Shown in pieces: positions 21,296 to 33,010 of a DNA stretch of 64,000 nt. The position numbers and the translations under genes were made by a program. The notes under the pieces are model-generated. The model was not told the DNA's origin, did not search any database, and saw only the letters and a list, made by a program, of their open reading frames with translations. The DNA lies in contig CM059446.1 of assembly GCA_030390025.1 (NCBI GenBank), positions 51,398,001-51,462,000 on the forward strand. Direction: 5' to 3'. The number at the start of each line of letters is the position of its first letter. Within the stretch, counting starts at the first letter, position 1. This stretch comes from Squalus acanthias. Taxonomy: Eukaryota.

Positions 21296-22302
21296 GATAG
21301 TCAACATCTTCAGGAGAGACGGGGAGAACATTGGTGGGTGGGTGAGGAATGGAATTGCAGCAGCTCCCATTTCCTCCAAAGACAGAAGCTCCAAACAGAA
21401 ATGAAAAAATACACTGCTCAGATAGTCAGCGTTTGATGTAATAGTTCCATATCTTTTCTAACCTGGCAAACAAGAGATGGGGAGATTGAACACCTCGGGG
21501 AGAGGGATCACTGCTCAAAGGTATCCCACATTTATCAATTACAGGGGTTTGAAGCTGCTAGCAGCTCATGGTGTGAGTGCCTTTAATTAGTCAACTTTAC
21601 AAATAGCAGTTTTTTTTCCTAATACAATATTTACTTTTTTTTGTAGCAAGGGTGTTGGCGAACAGAGTTGGAGGCATGCATTATTGAGTAGTGATGGCAA
21701 TTGACATGTAGGCTTATTATACAAAGATATTCCTGATACGCCTGTACTTTCAGCCAGTACTGATTTTGTTCCTGCCTTCAGCCACGCAGTTAGAATCCAT
21801 CCGTTATGAAATCTGATGCTTTCCAGCTGACACCAACAGAGGGGCTCCCTGCAGTGAGACCAAAAAAGGGGAGCCGCAGTGGTCTCCGTGCAGCTGAATT
21901 CAGAGATCGAGCTAACTCTAGCCTCTAGTTTTTACATAATCAATCCTCTTCCCACATGATGTCATGGTGAATTTTCTACCTCTGTCAATATGGTACCATT
22001 AACTGTGGGGACCTCTTCCCTGCATATGACTAATTTTAGTCCCAAGATTTGGATGTTATGTCTAATTGTAGCAGTTCTTTAACAAAACAAAGTGCTGGAA
22101 ATGTGCAGCAGATCAACCAACATCTGAAAGGGCAAAGATGGGTTAATATTTTGAGTGGGGACCCTTCATTGGAGCTCGTGGATTTGTTTTTTGTTGCTTT
22201 CTTTTTCTCTCTGTTGTACTAGCTTTATTAGTTCTTGGAAAATTTATTCACATCCCTCTGTGACATTTATAGTCCCTTGGGAGTAAGACCTTGTGACTTG
22301 TG

Positions 22303-22938
22303 ATACAATTTTAAAGGGGGTGCATGAAGAGAGAGACCTGGGGGTGCTTGTGCACCAATCTTTGAAGGTGGCAGGACAGGTTAACAAAGCAGTTAATAAA
22401 GCACATGGAATCCTCTGGGCTTTATAAATATAGGCATTGAGTACAAAAACCCAGAAGTTATGCTAACCTTATATAAAACACTAGTTCGGCCCCAGCTGGA
22501 GTATTGTGTCCAATTCTGGGCACCACACTTTAGGAAGGACGTGAAGGCTTTGGAGAGGGTGCAAAAAAGATTTACGAGAATGGTTCCAGGGATGAGGGAT
22601 TACAGTTACATGGATACACTGGAGAAGCTGGGGTTGTTCCCCTTAGAGCAGAGACGGCTAAGAGGAGATTTGATAAAGGTGTTTAAAATCATGAAGGATT
22701 TAGATAAAGTAAATAAAGAGAAACTGTTTCCAATGATTGAAGGGTCGATAACCAGAGGGCACAGATTTAAGGTGATTGGCAAAAGAACCAGAGGCGACAT
22801 GAGAAAAAACCTTTTTACGCAATGAATGGTTAGGATTTGGAATACACTGCCTGATTGGGTGGTGGATACAGATTCAATATTAGAAGATTCAATGGGCTGA
22901 ATGGCCTCCTGTGCTATACGATTCTATTATTCTATGAT
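22303..22938 (+). mobile_element. CR1 3' fragment
   Basis: ORF 22460-22825 LYKTLVRPQLEYCVQFWAPHFRKDVKALERVQKRFTRMVPG; (ATTCTAT)n tail. Confidence 0.95.
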
Positions 22939-22939
22939 T

Positions 22940-23242
22940 ATCAACAACTTGCATTTATATAGCGCGATTAACTTAGTAAAATTTCCTACGGCGTTGCAAA
23001 GGAATGTTATCAAACACCAAGCCACACAAGGAGATATTAGGACAGTGACCAAAAACTTGGTCAAAGAGGCAGGTTTTAAGGAGCATCTTAAAGGAGGAGC
23101 GAGAGGTAGAGAGGCGGAGAGGCGGAGAGAGGGAATTCCAGAGCTAGGACCCAGGCAGCAGAAGGCACGGCTGCCAATGGTGGAGCCATTAAAATCGGGG
23201 ATGCACAAGAGGCCGGAATTGGAGGAGAGCAGAGATCTCGGC
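22940..23242 (-). mobile_element. L2 LINE 3' end
   Basis: Minus translation TIGSRAFCCLGP; CAACAACTTGCATTTATATAGCGC tail. Confidence 0.85.
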
Positions 23243-23334
23243 AGAGTGGAGCAGCAGCCACCCACCTTATTCTTGTGGAGCCCAGAGGGGCACCCCTGGT
23301 CTTTGATCTCTGGCTGTCATTTAAATACGTGTGC

Positions 23335-24315
23335 TCAAGTTAAACAGTTCTGGTCATTACAATGGGAATTGCAAAAAGTAGTGATTGATATGGAATTCAG
23401 AAACAGCTCTCAAAATATATATAAATGATCTGGACTTGGGCACAATATCAAAATTTGCAAATGACACAAAAATAAGGAGTGTGGTACTATGAAGAGGACT
23501 GTAAGCAACTTCGGGAAGATATAGACAGGTTAGTAGATTGGGAAAATATATATTATATGAAATCTAATGGAGATAAATGTGAAGTGATACATTTTTGGAA
23601 GAAAAATTTGGGGAAGACATATACACTAAATGGAAGAACTTTAAAAGGAACAGAGAGACATAGGAGTTCAGACACACTGATCTTTAAAAGTGGGAGGGCA
23701 AGTTGATAAAAAGCATTTGGGGTCCGAGGTTTTATGAAAGGGTCATAGAGTACAAAAACAAAGAGGTAATGTTAAACTTATACAAATCAATGGTTAAACC
23801 TCAGTTAGAATATTAGGCCCAGTTTTGGGCACTTTACCATAGGAAGGATGTCAAGGTGATAGAGAGGGTGCCGAAGAGAATCACTAACATGATACCAGGG
23901 ATGAAAGATTGTAGTTATGAGGAGAGGTTAGAGAAACTGGAGCTTTTTTCATTAGAATAAAGACAGTTAAGAGGAGGTCTAAGAGAGGTGTTTAAAATTG
24001 GGGATAACTATTCCCATTGGTCAATGAGTTGGTAACTAGAGGGTATTAATTTCAGATCTTCATGGACTTCATGAAGGGAGAGGCTAGAAGATTTTTTTTA
24101 TACAAAGGGTTGTTAGGACATGGACTGTCCTACCAGAAACATGTTGGGAACAGAATCCATAATAACTTTCAAAAGGAAATGGATAAATATTTGAAAAAGA
24201 AAATTTTTAAAAGTCATGGGAAACATTAAGTAAGTGGATAGCTCTTTCAGAGAGCTGACACAGGCATGATGGGCTGAATGGCCTGCCTCTTATGCTGTAA
24301 AATTCTATGATTCTA
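23335..24315 (+). mobile_element. Older CR1 fragment
   Basis: Degenerate KFANDTK, DKCEVIHF and LYKSMVKPQLEY motifs; ATTCTATGATTCT tail. Confidence 0.85.
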
Positions 24316-24984
24316 ATGGTCACTGAGGAGGGAAGGTGGGGAGGATGTCAGTGTGCTTATAAATATATATACTAACATACAGAAGTTTGTAAATACATTT
24401 AATAGTGCAACACACTCCCTGGGACTGGATAAATTTGATCAAACGACTCCCCTCCCATAGTTTATACCATCGAAATATTTTAAGCGTGTTCCAGCCTTGC
24501 AAGATACCCCCAGCTATTCGCTGTGTAGACAGAGGTATTGCAACATGCCTCAGACATTTCAAGCACGTGAAAAGTAATTCAGTTGTTGATGGATTCCAAC
24601 TGCGCACCAAGCAGTGAGAGAGCAAACTGTCGTGCGCTGAGGTATAATTTTACTGTTGTATAATCCCAGATAAGCCAACAGTAATTACCTGCAACAAGGA
24701 AAAATAAATCTCAGTGAATGTGTGTTAGTATTAATGTTACTGATGACGTTGATATAAGCATAGGGCATGCTAGCTTTTATAAAAGGGACATAGAGTATAG
24801 AAGCAAACAATATCGCATAGGATTGTTGGTGCTTTGCTATTGCTATTTGAGTGAGATACATTCCCAGTGAGGGCTCATTTATATTTGACAATGGATTTTT
24901 ATATAGTGCACACCTGAGGTGCTTTTTAATTCAGTTTTTAAATCATCCCCCACCCTCAACTTCTCTACAGTTCTCTTCACTCCT

Positions 24985-25215
24985 CTACTGAAGGTACTGA
25001 TCATGCTCAGATACAGTTCCACAGGCACAGGCTGCGCTCCATACCTCATCCATGTGAGCGTGAGAAGGCTATTCCACAGTGCGGACATTACAGCTAAGCC
25101 CCATCCAGTCCTTACTTGACGTCCACAGATAGCAGGGGCCATGGTGTGTAGCAATCAGGACTGGATCTTGCCCTACCTCAGGGGCACGGAGATCAATTGT
25201 AGTACTCCTACCGCC
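24985..25215 (-). mobile_element. Old tRNA-derived SINE fragment
   Basis: Homologous to 915-1150. Confidence 0.5.
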
Positions 25216-25918
25216 AGATTTTTACCTCATTTTTCCCTCTCTTCTAAGTCTTTTCAGGTTGTCTGCCTCTGGATCTGAGGGGGGGTGCGGGCACTTTTAC
25301 CCCGATTATCATGACTGCCATTCTTTGGGTAGCTGTCAGGAGTCTTTTTAATGGTCTCTTGAGGACAAACCACCCATTTCCATTGCCTTCTACAGGGCCT
25401 GACCACCGCTCAGTACCTAGCATGCAACTCGGCTCAAATCAAAACTGCGCCCGTTCACTGCATGGCACTGCATGTTGGCATTCCATAACTTAATGTATTA
25501 GCCTTAACATTTGTGAAATGGTAACGGAGTGAGGTGATGATCTGTATATCTGGAAGTGTTTCATGGAATATAAAATGTAGCAAAGTGCCCATTTACACAC
25601 AAGCAGTAAGCATCAATTTGTTTGAATTCTGTGAGGGTTCAGAGGGAAGGATGACTCTAAACAGCATACCATTAATTTACACTGATATTTGCTTGCAGTT
25701 TGTGAATTACTGTTCTGGATTCTGGGTTTAAAGTTGGCTGTCAATCTGAGGATTTGCTGGTGTGAATAGATTATTCCAAATCTGCCATTCTCAGCTAGAA
25801 AAGGAATGAGTGCGGCTGATAACCCAACACTGCCTATTGTGTGTCTGAACCGATTCAAGACGGAGGCTGGTGGAAGTGCTGTGAAAGCACATTCTGTGTG
25901 GATCACCAGGATTATCCT

Positions 25919-26111
25919 GATCAGAACTGTACTTTCTTGCCAACAGTCCTGGTTTCATTGTACAGAGTCCAACTTTAGTTTCTGACCCCTCGTGGTGGCG
26001 TTTTAAACATTCCTTTCCACAGCCTCAGAATCCAATCTTTTGAACTTAAAAATTGATTCAGAATGTTGAACCTTCCCAACCCCAACCTTTAGATGCTCTG
26101 CTAACACCATG
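25919..26111 (+). repeat. Local direct duplication, copy 1 (continues at 29250-29278 after the transposon)
   Basis: GATCAGAACTGTACTTTCTTGCCAAC...GATGCTCTGCTAACACCATG aligns with few differences to 29685-29879. Confidence 0.95.
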
Positions 26112-26601
26112 GGGGAAAAATTTGTCCCCTTAGCGCATCCCGTTAGCACCAATAGATGGCACTAATGGGGCACTAGACCAGTATCGCCAGGGCGAGGCGA
26201 ATCCAGCGCCGCACGCCAAATCCGGCCCCCCAGTAGCGCCGCCAGTAAGAGGTATCGCCAGGAATGTCAACGCCAGGTAGATCGTGATGTCAGTGAGTGT
26301 GCAATGCTCACTGACCGCCCGATTTGCAAAATTGATTCTCACCACCTGGAGTAAACACCGACAGGGAGAGCTGGCGTGTAGTACCAGGAAGCCGGCTCCA
26401 GGGACATTATTTAAAGGGATCATCAGTAATCATTCACAGCTGTCAGGTTAGTGCAGTTTCAGTGTTTTTTTGTTAGTTTCACCCACTGCAACAGTTTCAT
26501 TCAGTAATTTCAAGGTTCTTTTATATGAGGAGTCTTCTGGCAACTAAAAAGTAGCTACATTTATTCTTCAAAGATTCAAACTGCTACACTTGGTAACATT
26601 A

Positions 26602-26862
26602 ATGGGGGCTGCACTGGCATGCCACAGTGCCCACCAGGATCTACAGTGGAAGGAGCATAGGCAGCAAGAAATATGGGAACATATGCGCAGAGAGATGAGG
26701 AGGGACATCAGGGCTCTCACCAGGAGGCCTTGGCCTCCAAGGGTATTCCGAGAGCACATCTCCTGCCTTCAATTAAGTGAGGATCAGTGTATTAGATGGC
26801 TCCACTTCACCAAAGAGGTGGTCACAGAACTCTGCCACCTTCTCCAAACAGACCTCCAGCCT
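26602..26862 (+). pseudogene. Harbinger transposase (HARBI1-like) N-terminal remnant
   Basis: RRPWPPRVFREHISCLQLSEDQCIRWLHFTKEVVTELCHLLQTDLQP is the typical N-terminal region; the DDE core is absent. Confidence 0.8.
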
Positions 26863-27021
26863 CACACATTAAACCCCAGATCCCCTTTGCTCACCACATC
26901 CCCATCATTCCATCCCTCTCGCAGGCCGTATCACAGCACAAAGCTGAAATGAGCAACACCAGAAAAGAATGAAGTAATACATTTATCAAAAAGTAGTGGA
27001 CATAGATTTAAACCAAAAATA

Positions 27022-28898
27022 TTAACTATTCACCCTTGTGCAATCCCTTAGTGCCTGTCGAAACTGTGCGTTTTCCTGCTCTAGTGCTCCTATGAAGTGT
27101 TGGCCCAGTGGCTGCAGCATGGCTGGTGGAAGGCTGCTGAATGCAGTGCGGGAGACTTCAGATGGCCTTGCAGGATGTCCTCGACCAGCTCTGGACCTGG
27201 AAGGCCTGGCTGTAGACTGCATCACCTCAGCATGGGCGGCAGTACTCTGGGCTGGCTGGATGACAGGCGGCGACAAGTGGCAGTGGTGGGAGCAGGAATG
27301 TTGTCATCCTGAGAGAAGACAGCAGGTTCCTGCTCCACTGACCCACTGCCAGGGCAGCACCTCAACATCCCTAGCAATCTGTTGGAGCACAGATTGCTGG
27401 CCTGCTGCGACACCGTGAAAGCTCCCGTCGATGGTGGCAGACCCAGCCACGATGGCAGCAGTCAGAGCTTGTGTGGCATCAAACTGAGACTGCGTGAGAG
27501 CAGTCTGAGATTGGATGCCACCAACCATAGACTGCATTACAGCACGAAGATGCTGCGTCGCTTTTGCCTGTGCTGCAATGGAAGCTGCCAGATCGCCCAT
27601 TACACGTGGCATCAGGTCTGGGTCACCACTGTCTCTCTGGGAGTCTACCATCCTTTGCAGACTGGAAATGATGGGCTCCATGGTGTGCACAGAGCCTTGT
27701 GCAACATTGGAGGCGGACTCCTCCATGCTCCTTATCATTGCTGAGAGGCTTTTGGGCACACTTGCCATTGCACCTATCATCTCCATGTGCATGCCCATCA
27801 CTCTTCTTCTAAAGGCCTCCCCATCGAGGTCCTCACCTGAGTCCTGTGCAACAGAACTCACCCTCTGGGAAGCTGGTCCCCGAGCTACCCTTTCCCCCTG
27901 GCCTTGCTGCAGCCCACTCGTCCCCGGTGCCTCACCCTGTGCAGATCCCGCTGCTATGCTAGCCTTTAAAGAACATGTAGTACCAGTATCTGAGCTGGTG
28001 TCTGTGGGTGAGAGATGCAGTGACGCGGTGTGTTCTTCCCCCTCCTCTTCTCCCGCCTCGCTCTCTACCGTGCCCTCAGAGATAGGCTGCTCAAGTGCTT
28101 GCTGATTATCTGAAAGCATTAAGGCACAAGAGTCAGCTTAAAGTGAAGGGAGGGGAGCAGGAAGGGAGAAATGCATGCATACAGCATGATTAGCTGGAAA
28201 GTGTGAAACGCTTGTGGGGTGAGGGGAAGCGGGATGTGAGAAGAAGGAGTAGGGATGAACATACCAATGTTGTCCCCAAGGGGGTCAACGTCGCCGGTGG
28301 CCATGGCACCCAACATTTGGTGCCCAGTGATTTCCAGCACACAATTCTCCAGCGCAGACAGTGGTTGGGTGTCGGCTTTGTCCTCCACTTGTGCGTTCCT
28401 GCTCCCTCCTGTTGTGTGCCACCTTGGCCTGCAAGAGAAAGGAAAGTGTGTGAGTGAGTGTGCAGCAATGTGTCTGGGTGTTGTGCCTGCCATAGTTGAA
28501 TAGCTGTCATTGTTTGCAAGGTGTGAGATGTGGGTGTGAGTGTTGATAGGTAGAGATTGTTGGTGGGTGAGTGCTGGGGGTGTGGTTCTTTGGGCAGTGT
28601 GTGAAGATTGTGGTACAGATGGTGATATGTAGCATTTGTTGAAGCATTCACTCACCCTGACCACCCAAGTGAGGTCGTTAAATTTCTTCCTGCACTGTCT
28701 GTGGGTCCTGGGGACCACAGTGCTGCCCAAGATGTGCTGTGCTACCTCCCTCCACATGGTGTGGAAGTCTTGTGGTGAGGTCTTCCTGCCACTTGCCGGG
28801 TAGAGCACTGCCCTCCATCTCTCCACAGCGAAAACCAATGCCGTCAATGCTTCATCGGAGAATCTGTGGGCTCTCTCCCTGGGGCGTGGGCCTGCCAT
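27022..28898 (-). pseudogene. Harbinger ORF2, Myb/SANT-like DNA-binding protein, three exons (28898-28656, 28428-28265, 28109-~27022)
   Basis: Exon 1 is 81 codons: RAHRFSDEALTALVFAVERWRAVLY..WREVAQHI..RTHRQCRKKFNDL. GTGAGT and GTATGT donors, TTGCAG and TTTCAG acceptors. Exon 2 is 164 nt, incompatible with its phase 0 to 1 junctions, so it carries a frameshift. Confidence 0.85.
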
Positions 28899-29684
28899 GA
28901 GCACACCTGCTTCAGTCCTCTGGCTCCTTCTCCTTGTTCTGCTTCTGCTTGCTGAGGCAGCTGCACAGCCAGCAATGCTGAGAATGAGGTGCTGCAGCAT
29001 CAATGAACCTCCCTGTTAAGTAGTGAAAAAAGCCTGTGGCAATGATGCTTTGTGATTAGACCGCACCCGATTTTGGTCCACTCTTTAAGCCAATGAGCTT
29101 GGGTTTTAAGACTTGATGTTGGACTCCAATCATTTTATTGGCCAGTGAGCACTAATTTTTGTGCGGTCTAAAGCATTTGCGCCTGATGCTAATTCTTCAA
29201 CTTTTCTACTGACACTGCCCATTCCTTGGCTGTAATGAATTTCTAGCCCATGTATCTTTTCCAGTTAGAAAGGGGGAACAGTCTGTGTCACTTGACAACA
29301 GCATCTTCCCTGATTTCCTCGGTTAATCATTGTCTACGGCACTTAGAACTGTGGGGCGGGGTCAAATTTTACTGTGGCAAACGTGCCTCTCTTGTCCATA
29401 ACAAACACTGCAACATCCAATACACATTTTAGCAAGTTGTAGCTCTTTTAAGTCTTATCTTTATTGCACATGTGGTCAGCTTTTGCATTCAGTATTTCTT
29501 TTTGCCTTTAGTCTTCCCCACAACTCAGGACTGATAAAAGTTGCAAGTGGCTGCCTGAATTGGAGCAAAAAAAATGGCTACGACCCTGGTGACACTTTCT
29601 ATTCCATTTGGGAAGCTGGGACACTCTGGGTGACTTGACAACACTCTTCCTCCTACTATTCCTTCTCCAGCTGAGATGCTGTGG

Positions 29685-29907
29685 GATCAGAACTGTACTT
29701 TCTTGCCAACAATCCTGATTTCATTGTACTGAGTCCAACTTTAGTTTCTGACCCCTTGTGGTGGAATTTTAAACATACCTTCCCACAGCCTCAGAATCCA
29801 ATCCTTTTTGAACTTAAAAATTGATTCAGAATGTTAAACTTTCCCAACCCCAACCTTTAGATGCTCTGCTAACACCATGTATCTTTCCCAGTTGGGAAGG
29901 GGGAAAA
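29685..29907 (+). repeat. Local direct duplication, copy 2 (empty transposon site)
   Basis: Reads CTAACACCATGTATCTTTCCCAGTT without interruption. Confidence 0.95.
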
Positions 29908-30454
29908 GCTGCTGGGTGCTCTTATTACTACTGGTGATTCACCTTTCTTTGGCTGTTTCTCTTTTCCCACCATGATTGCTTTATTGCAATGCCTACCTCA
30001 AACTACAACAACAAACTTAAGTCAGACATATGTGACTGTCAATTGAGGTTAAACCTAGAACATTTTGTGCCTCTGGTTGGGATTCCAATATCCTATTATT
30101 GAGGCTAGTGCAATGTTCAATTTATTTCAGGGTTTAGTCCTTTTTATTTGTCCAATCCCAAAACAACACAGCAGTTGTGAATTGAATTTTTTGAGTTAAT
30201 AATATTCACTGTAAGTATTTGAAAAGTGATGCTGCACCTCCCACTATACAATGCCGCCTCTAATCCCTTGGACAGAATTATCAAAGAGTCCTGTATGTAA
30301 TGTGAGAAAAAGAAAATTGTACCAATTATAAACCTGTTAAACCATATCGCCTGATGTTAATCAACTTAATTTATACCTTGTAACACCCGTCTGCCCTGAT
30401 CCTTACTAAAGTGGTTTTACAGGGGTCAGATTCACAACCCTGAGGGACTTTGAA

Positions 30455-30735
30455 ATATAAGAACTTTTAGGAACAGGAAAAGGCCATTTGGACCAACATG
30501 CCCATCTTCTTTTTGATAGATCTCAACTCCACTTATCCACCTGCTCAGCAACATCCCTCAAACCCATTCTGCCTCCAAATATATCTAATTGTAGACTCCA
30601 TTTATACTGTCAGCATCAATCTCCTTCCTTGGTAACTTATTCTACAACTGTATTACCATTTGGGTGAAAAAGTACCGAATGACTTCCCTTAGTAATCCTA
30701 GCTTCCTCATTTTTAACTCCTGACCCCTAACATTT
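30455..30735 (-). mobile_element. Old CR1 3' fragment
   Basis: AGGAACAGGAAAAGGCCATT...TGGGTGAAAAAG...TGACCCCTA antisense pattern. Confidence 0.6.
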
Positions 30736-31528
30736 GACCTGTTTGATTGTCAGGGCAGCTTTAAGGCATCAAGTTGTTAAGTACGTAAAAAAAACAACTG
30801 GTTTAAAAATATGGGAGGCTCGGGTAAACCAGGCACATCACTGGGAACAAGGGGATTGAAAGGAACAATAAAGGTACGAGAGATAAGGAAAAAGATCAAG
30901 ACACTAAGGTCTGAAAGAAAAAGAACAATGGGATGAAAAAGGCAAACATATTTATAAAGTAGAATCTGCTTGTAGTGATTATGCAAATATAGTGCTCAAA
31001 TCAGATTTGCCAATTGGCTATTGGCCAACTCGATCTCTAGAACTAACAATGGAAAACAGCATATGATAATCGAGAAAAGACACACAGAAATCTGTATTTT
31101 CTCTATTTAATGATCAAATGGGCAGAGTTTCATTTTTTCTGGAGTGAGATGAGTCCGAGTTCAAACCCAGGCTACTGCTGCACTCAGCTCTGTAGCTCCA
31201 AGGGAGCTCACCTTTTATTCATGCTCTGACGCCTGGTTTACAGTCAACATCCTTTGATTCAGAATCACAATCGATGATCATGATGCTCAGAGTATTACTG
31301 TGTGGGCCAGTGTGATTGAATGGGAGTAAAGACATCAAATGCAACACCCTCACCTGATTGGGGAATAAGTACTGAGAAATCCAGGAAAAGGCCCTAGACC
31401 GATAGTGCAGAACAGCACCATAATTGACAAGAGTATGAGAAAATGGACCAAGATTCATCTATGCACTGTCACTGTAGAGGGACTGGATCTAGGTCTAACT
31501 GCACCATGTCGCTGCAGAGTGAATAGTC

Positions 31529-32396
31529 TGGATTTACTTGTACACTGAACAGCTTCTTCTAGTTCCTTTCCTAGTTCTACAATACCTACGGCACAGAATC
31601 TGCTAAAAATGAATTTCTAACACCGTCTGAAGATCGCATGGCACTATTGGAATAAGAGCAGCCAGTTCTCCTGGTGTCTTGGACGAAATCTCAACCAACA
31701 CCACCAAAACAGATTAACTGGTCATTTATCTCCTTTTCTGTTTGTGGGGTCTCGATATGGACAGATTGGCTGCTGCATATGGCTACATACCAACAGGGAT
31801 TACACTTCAAAAGTACTTCTTTGGCTGTAAAGCAGTTTGGGACATCCTGAGGATGTGAAAGATGCTATTTAAATGCTGGTTCTTGTCATTCCACTGTCTG
31901 TCTTGTGTCTCATTACTTCTCTCTCTCTCTTGCTGATTGCTATCTTTCTTCTCTTTCCCTCCTCTGCCCGCCCTCCCCCAATTTAGGACACAAGTTGTTT
32001 TATTGACCTGTGAACAAAGCTGGAAAGAAAATCCCAGATCCCTATAATCTATGGATCATGTGCTCCTGGGTCAAGATTATCATCTGTGGAGGGCACCTAG
32101 TCAAGGTTGAAGAAAGTTTAATAGATGTGACCAATAGGTGAAGATGGATGAATATTCTGGAGCTTCTGCAGATAATATTAAGTGGTGTGGGGTGAGGGGG
32201 GAGAGGGGTGGGGAGAGTAGAGTCCATGATAGGGCAAATTGTACAAAACACCAGGAGAACTGGCTGCTTTTATTCAAATAGTGCTATGCGATCTTCAGAC
32301 ACTGTTAGAAATTCACTTTTAGCAGATGCTGTGCCGTAGGTATTGTAGAACTAGGAAAGGAACTAGAAAAAGCTGTTCAGTGTACAAGTAAATCCA
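31529..32396. repeat. ~150-bp inverted duplication with ~570-bp spacer
   Basis: 31529-31677 is the reverse complement of 32248-32396 with scattered mismatches. Confidence 0.9.
31625..31885 (+). mobile_element. DeuSINE-like SINE (5'-truncated)
   Basis: CATGGCACTATT.GAA..GAGCAG, AAACAGATTAACTGGTCATTTATCTC and GGCTGTAAAGC..TTTGGGACATCCTGAGG tail. Confidence 0.7.
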
Positions 32397-32689
32397 AGCT
32401 ATTTACATGGGCTATGGAAGGAAATTTAACATGGTTCAGTGAAGGAGTGGGATTGATTGACAGAATGGCATTTTCTCATTCTGTGTTTCTAGTGTTTTTA
32501 CTGCACTATAGAGTAAAGGCAAGTTGTAACTTACGGGGATGAAAATGAATAGAAGTAGAAAGGCAAGTGCAAGTGCATGAATGACTAAGCACCATTTTAG
32601 GAAACAATTCTTTTCATAAACTTGATCAGAATTTGGGCACATCAGAATTTGGTCTTGATTGCTAATCAGTGACCCAGCCATCATTCCAC

Positions 32690-33010
32690 TTGGTACCACA
32701 AAGATAAGTTTAGATGAGAGAGGCCATTTGTCCCATCTAGCTCATCCTTCCATAGAAACCTTCATTACAGCGTCCAGAGTTTCTGCCTCCACTATCCCAC
32801 TTGGAGATCATTCAGGTATTGATCACTCTGTATGGAGAAGTGTTTCCTGATATGAGCCCTGAAATTGCATCTTACCATTTTATTCCCATGCCACGTTTCC
32901 TGCAGTTGTGATTTTACTTAAAACAGTGCTTTGGATTAATCAGTTTGACTTTGCTTGGTGTTTTATGTACCTTTTTATAAGGTTCCCTCTCTGATTTTAT
33001 TTAAATTGAA
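32690..33010 (-). mobile_element. Very old CR1 fragment
   Basis: GAGGCCATTTGTCCCATC..TCCACTATC..TTGATCACTCT antisense pattern. Confidence 0.5.

Larger units (their letters stand above)
26111..29249. mobile_element. Internally deleted PIF/Harbinger DNA transposon
   Basis: Convergent transposase remnant (+) and Myb/SANT gene (-); termini GGGGGAAAAATTT / GAATTTCTAGCCC; boundaries defined by the empty site at 29871-29890. Confidence 0.9.

Noticed and set aside
27382-28105. Plus-strand ORFs of 120 and 196 aa
   Set aside because: Antisense shadows of Harbinger ORF2 exon 3.
28119-29003. 294-aa single-exon Myb ORF as listed in the track
   Set aside because: It reads through two introns marked by canonical splice sites; the spliced model fits better.
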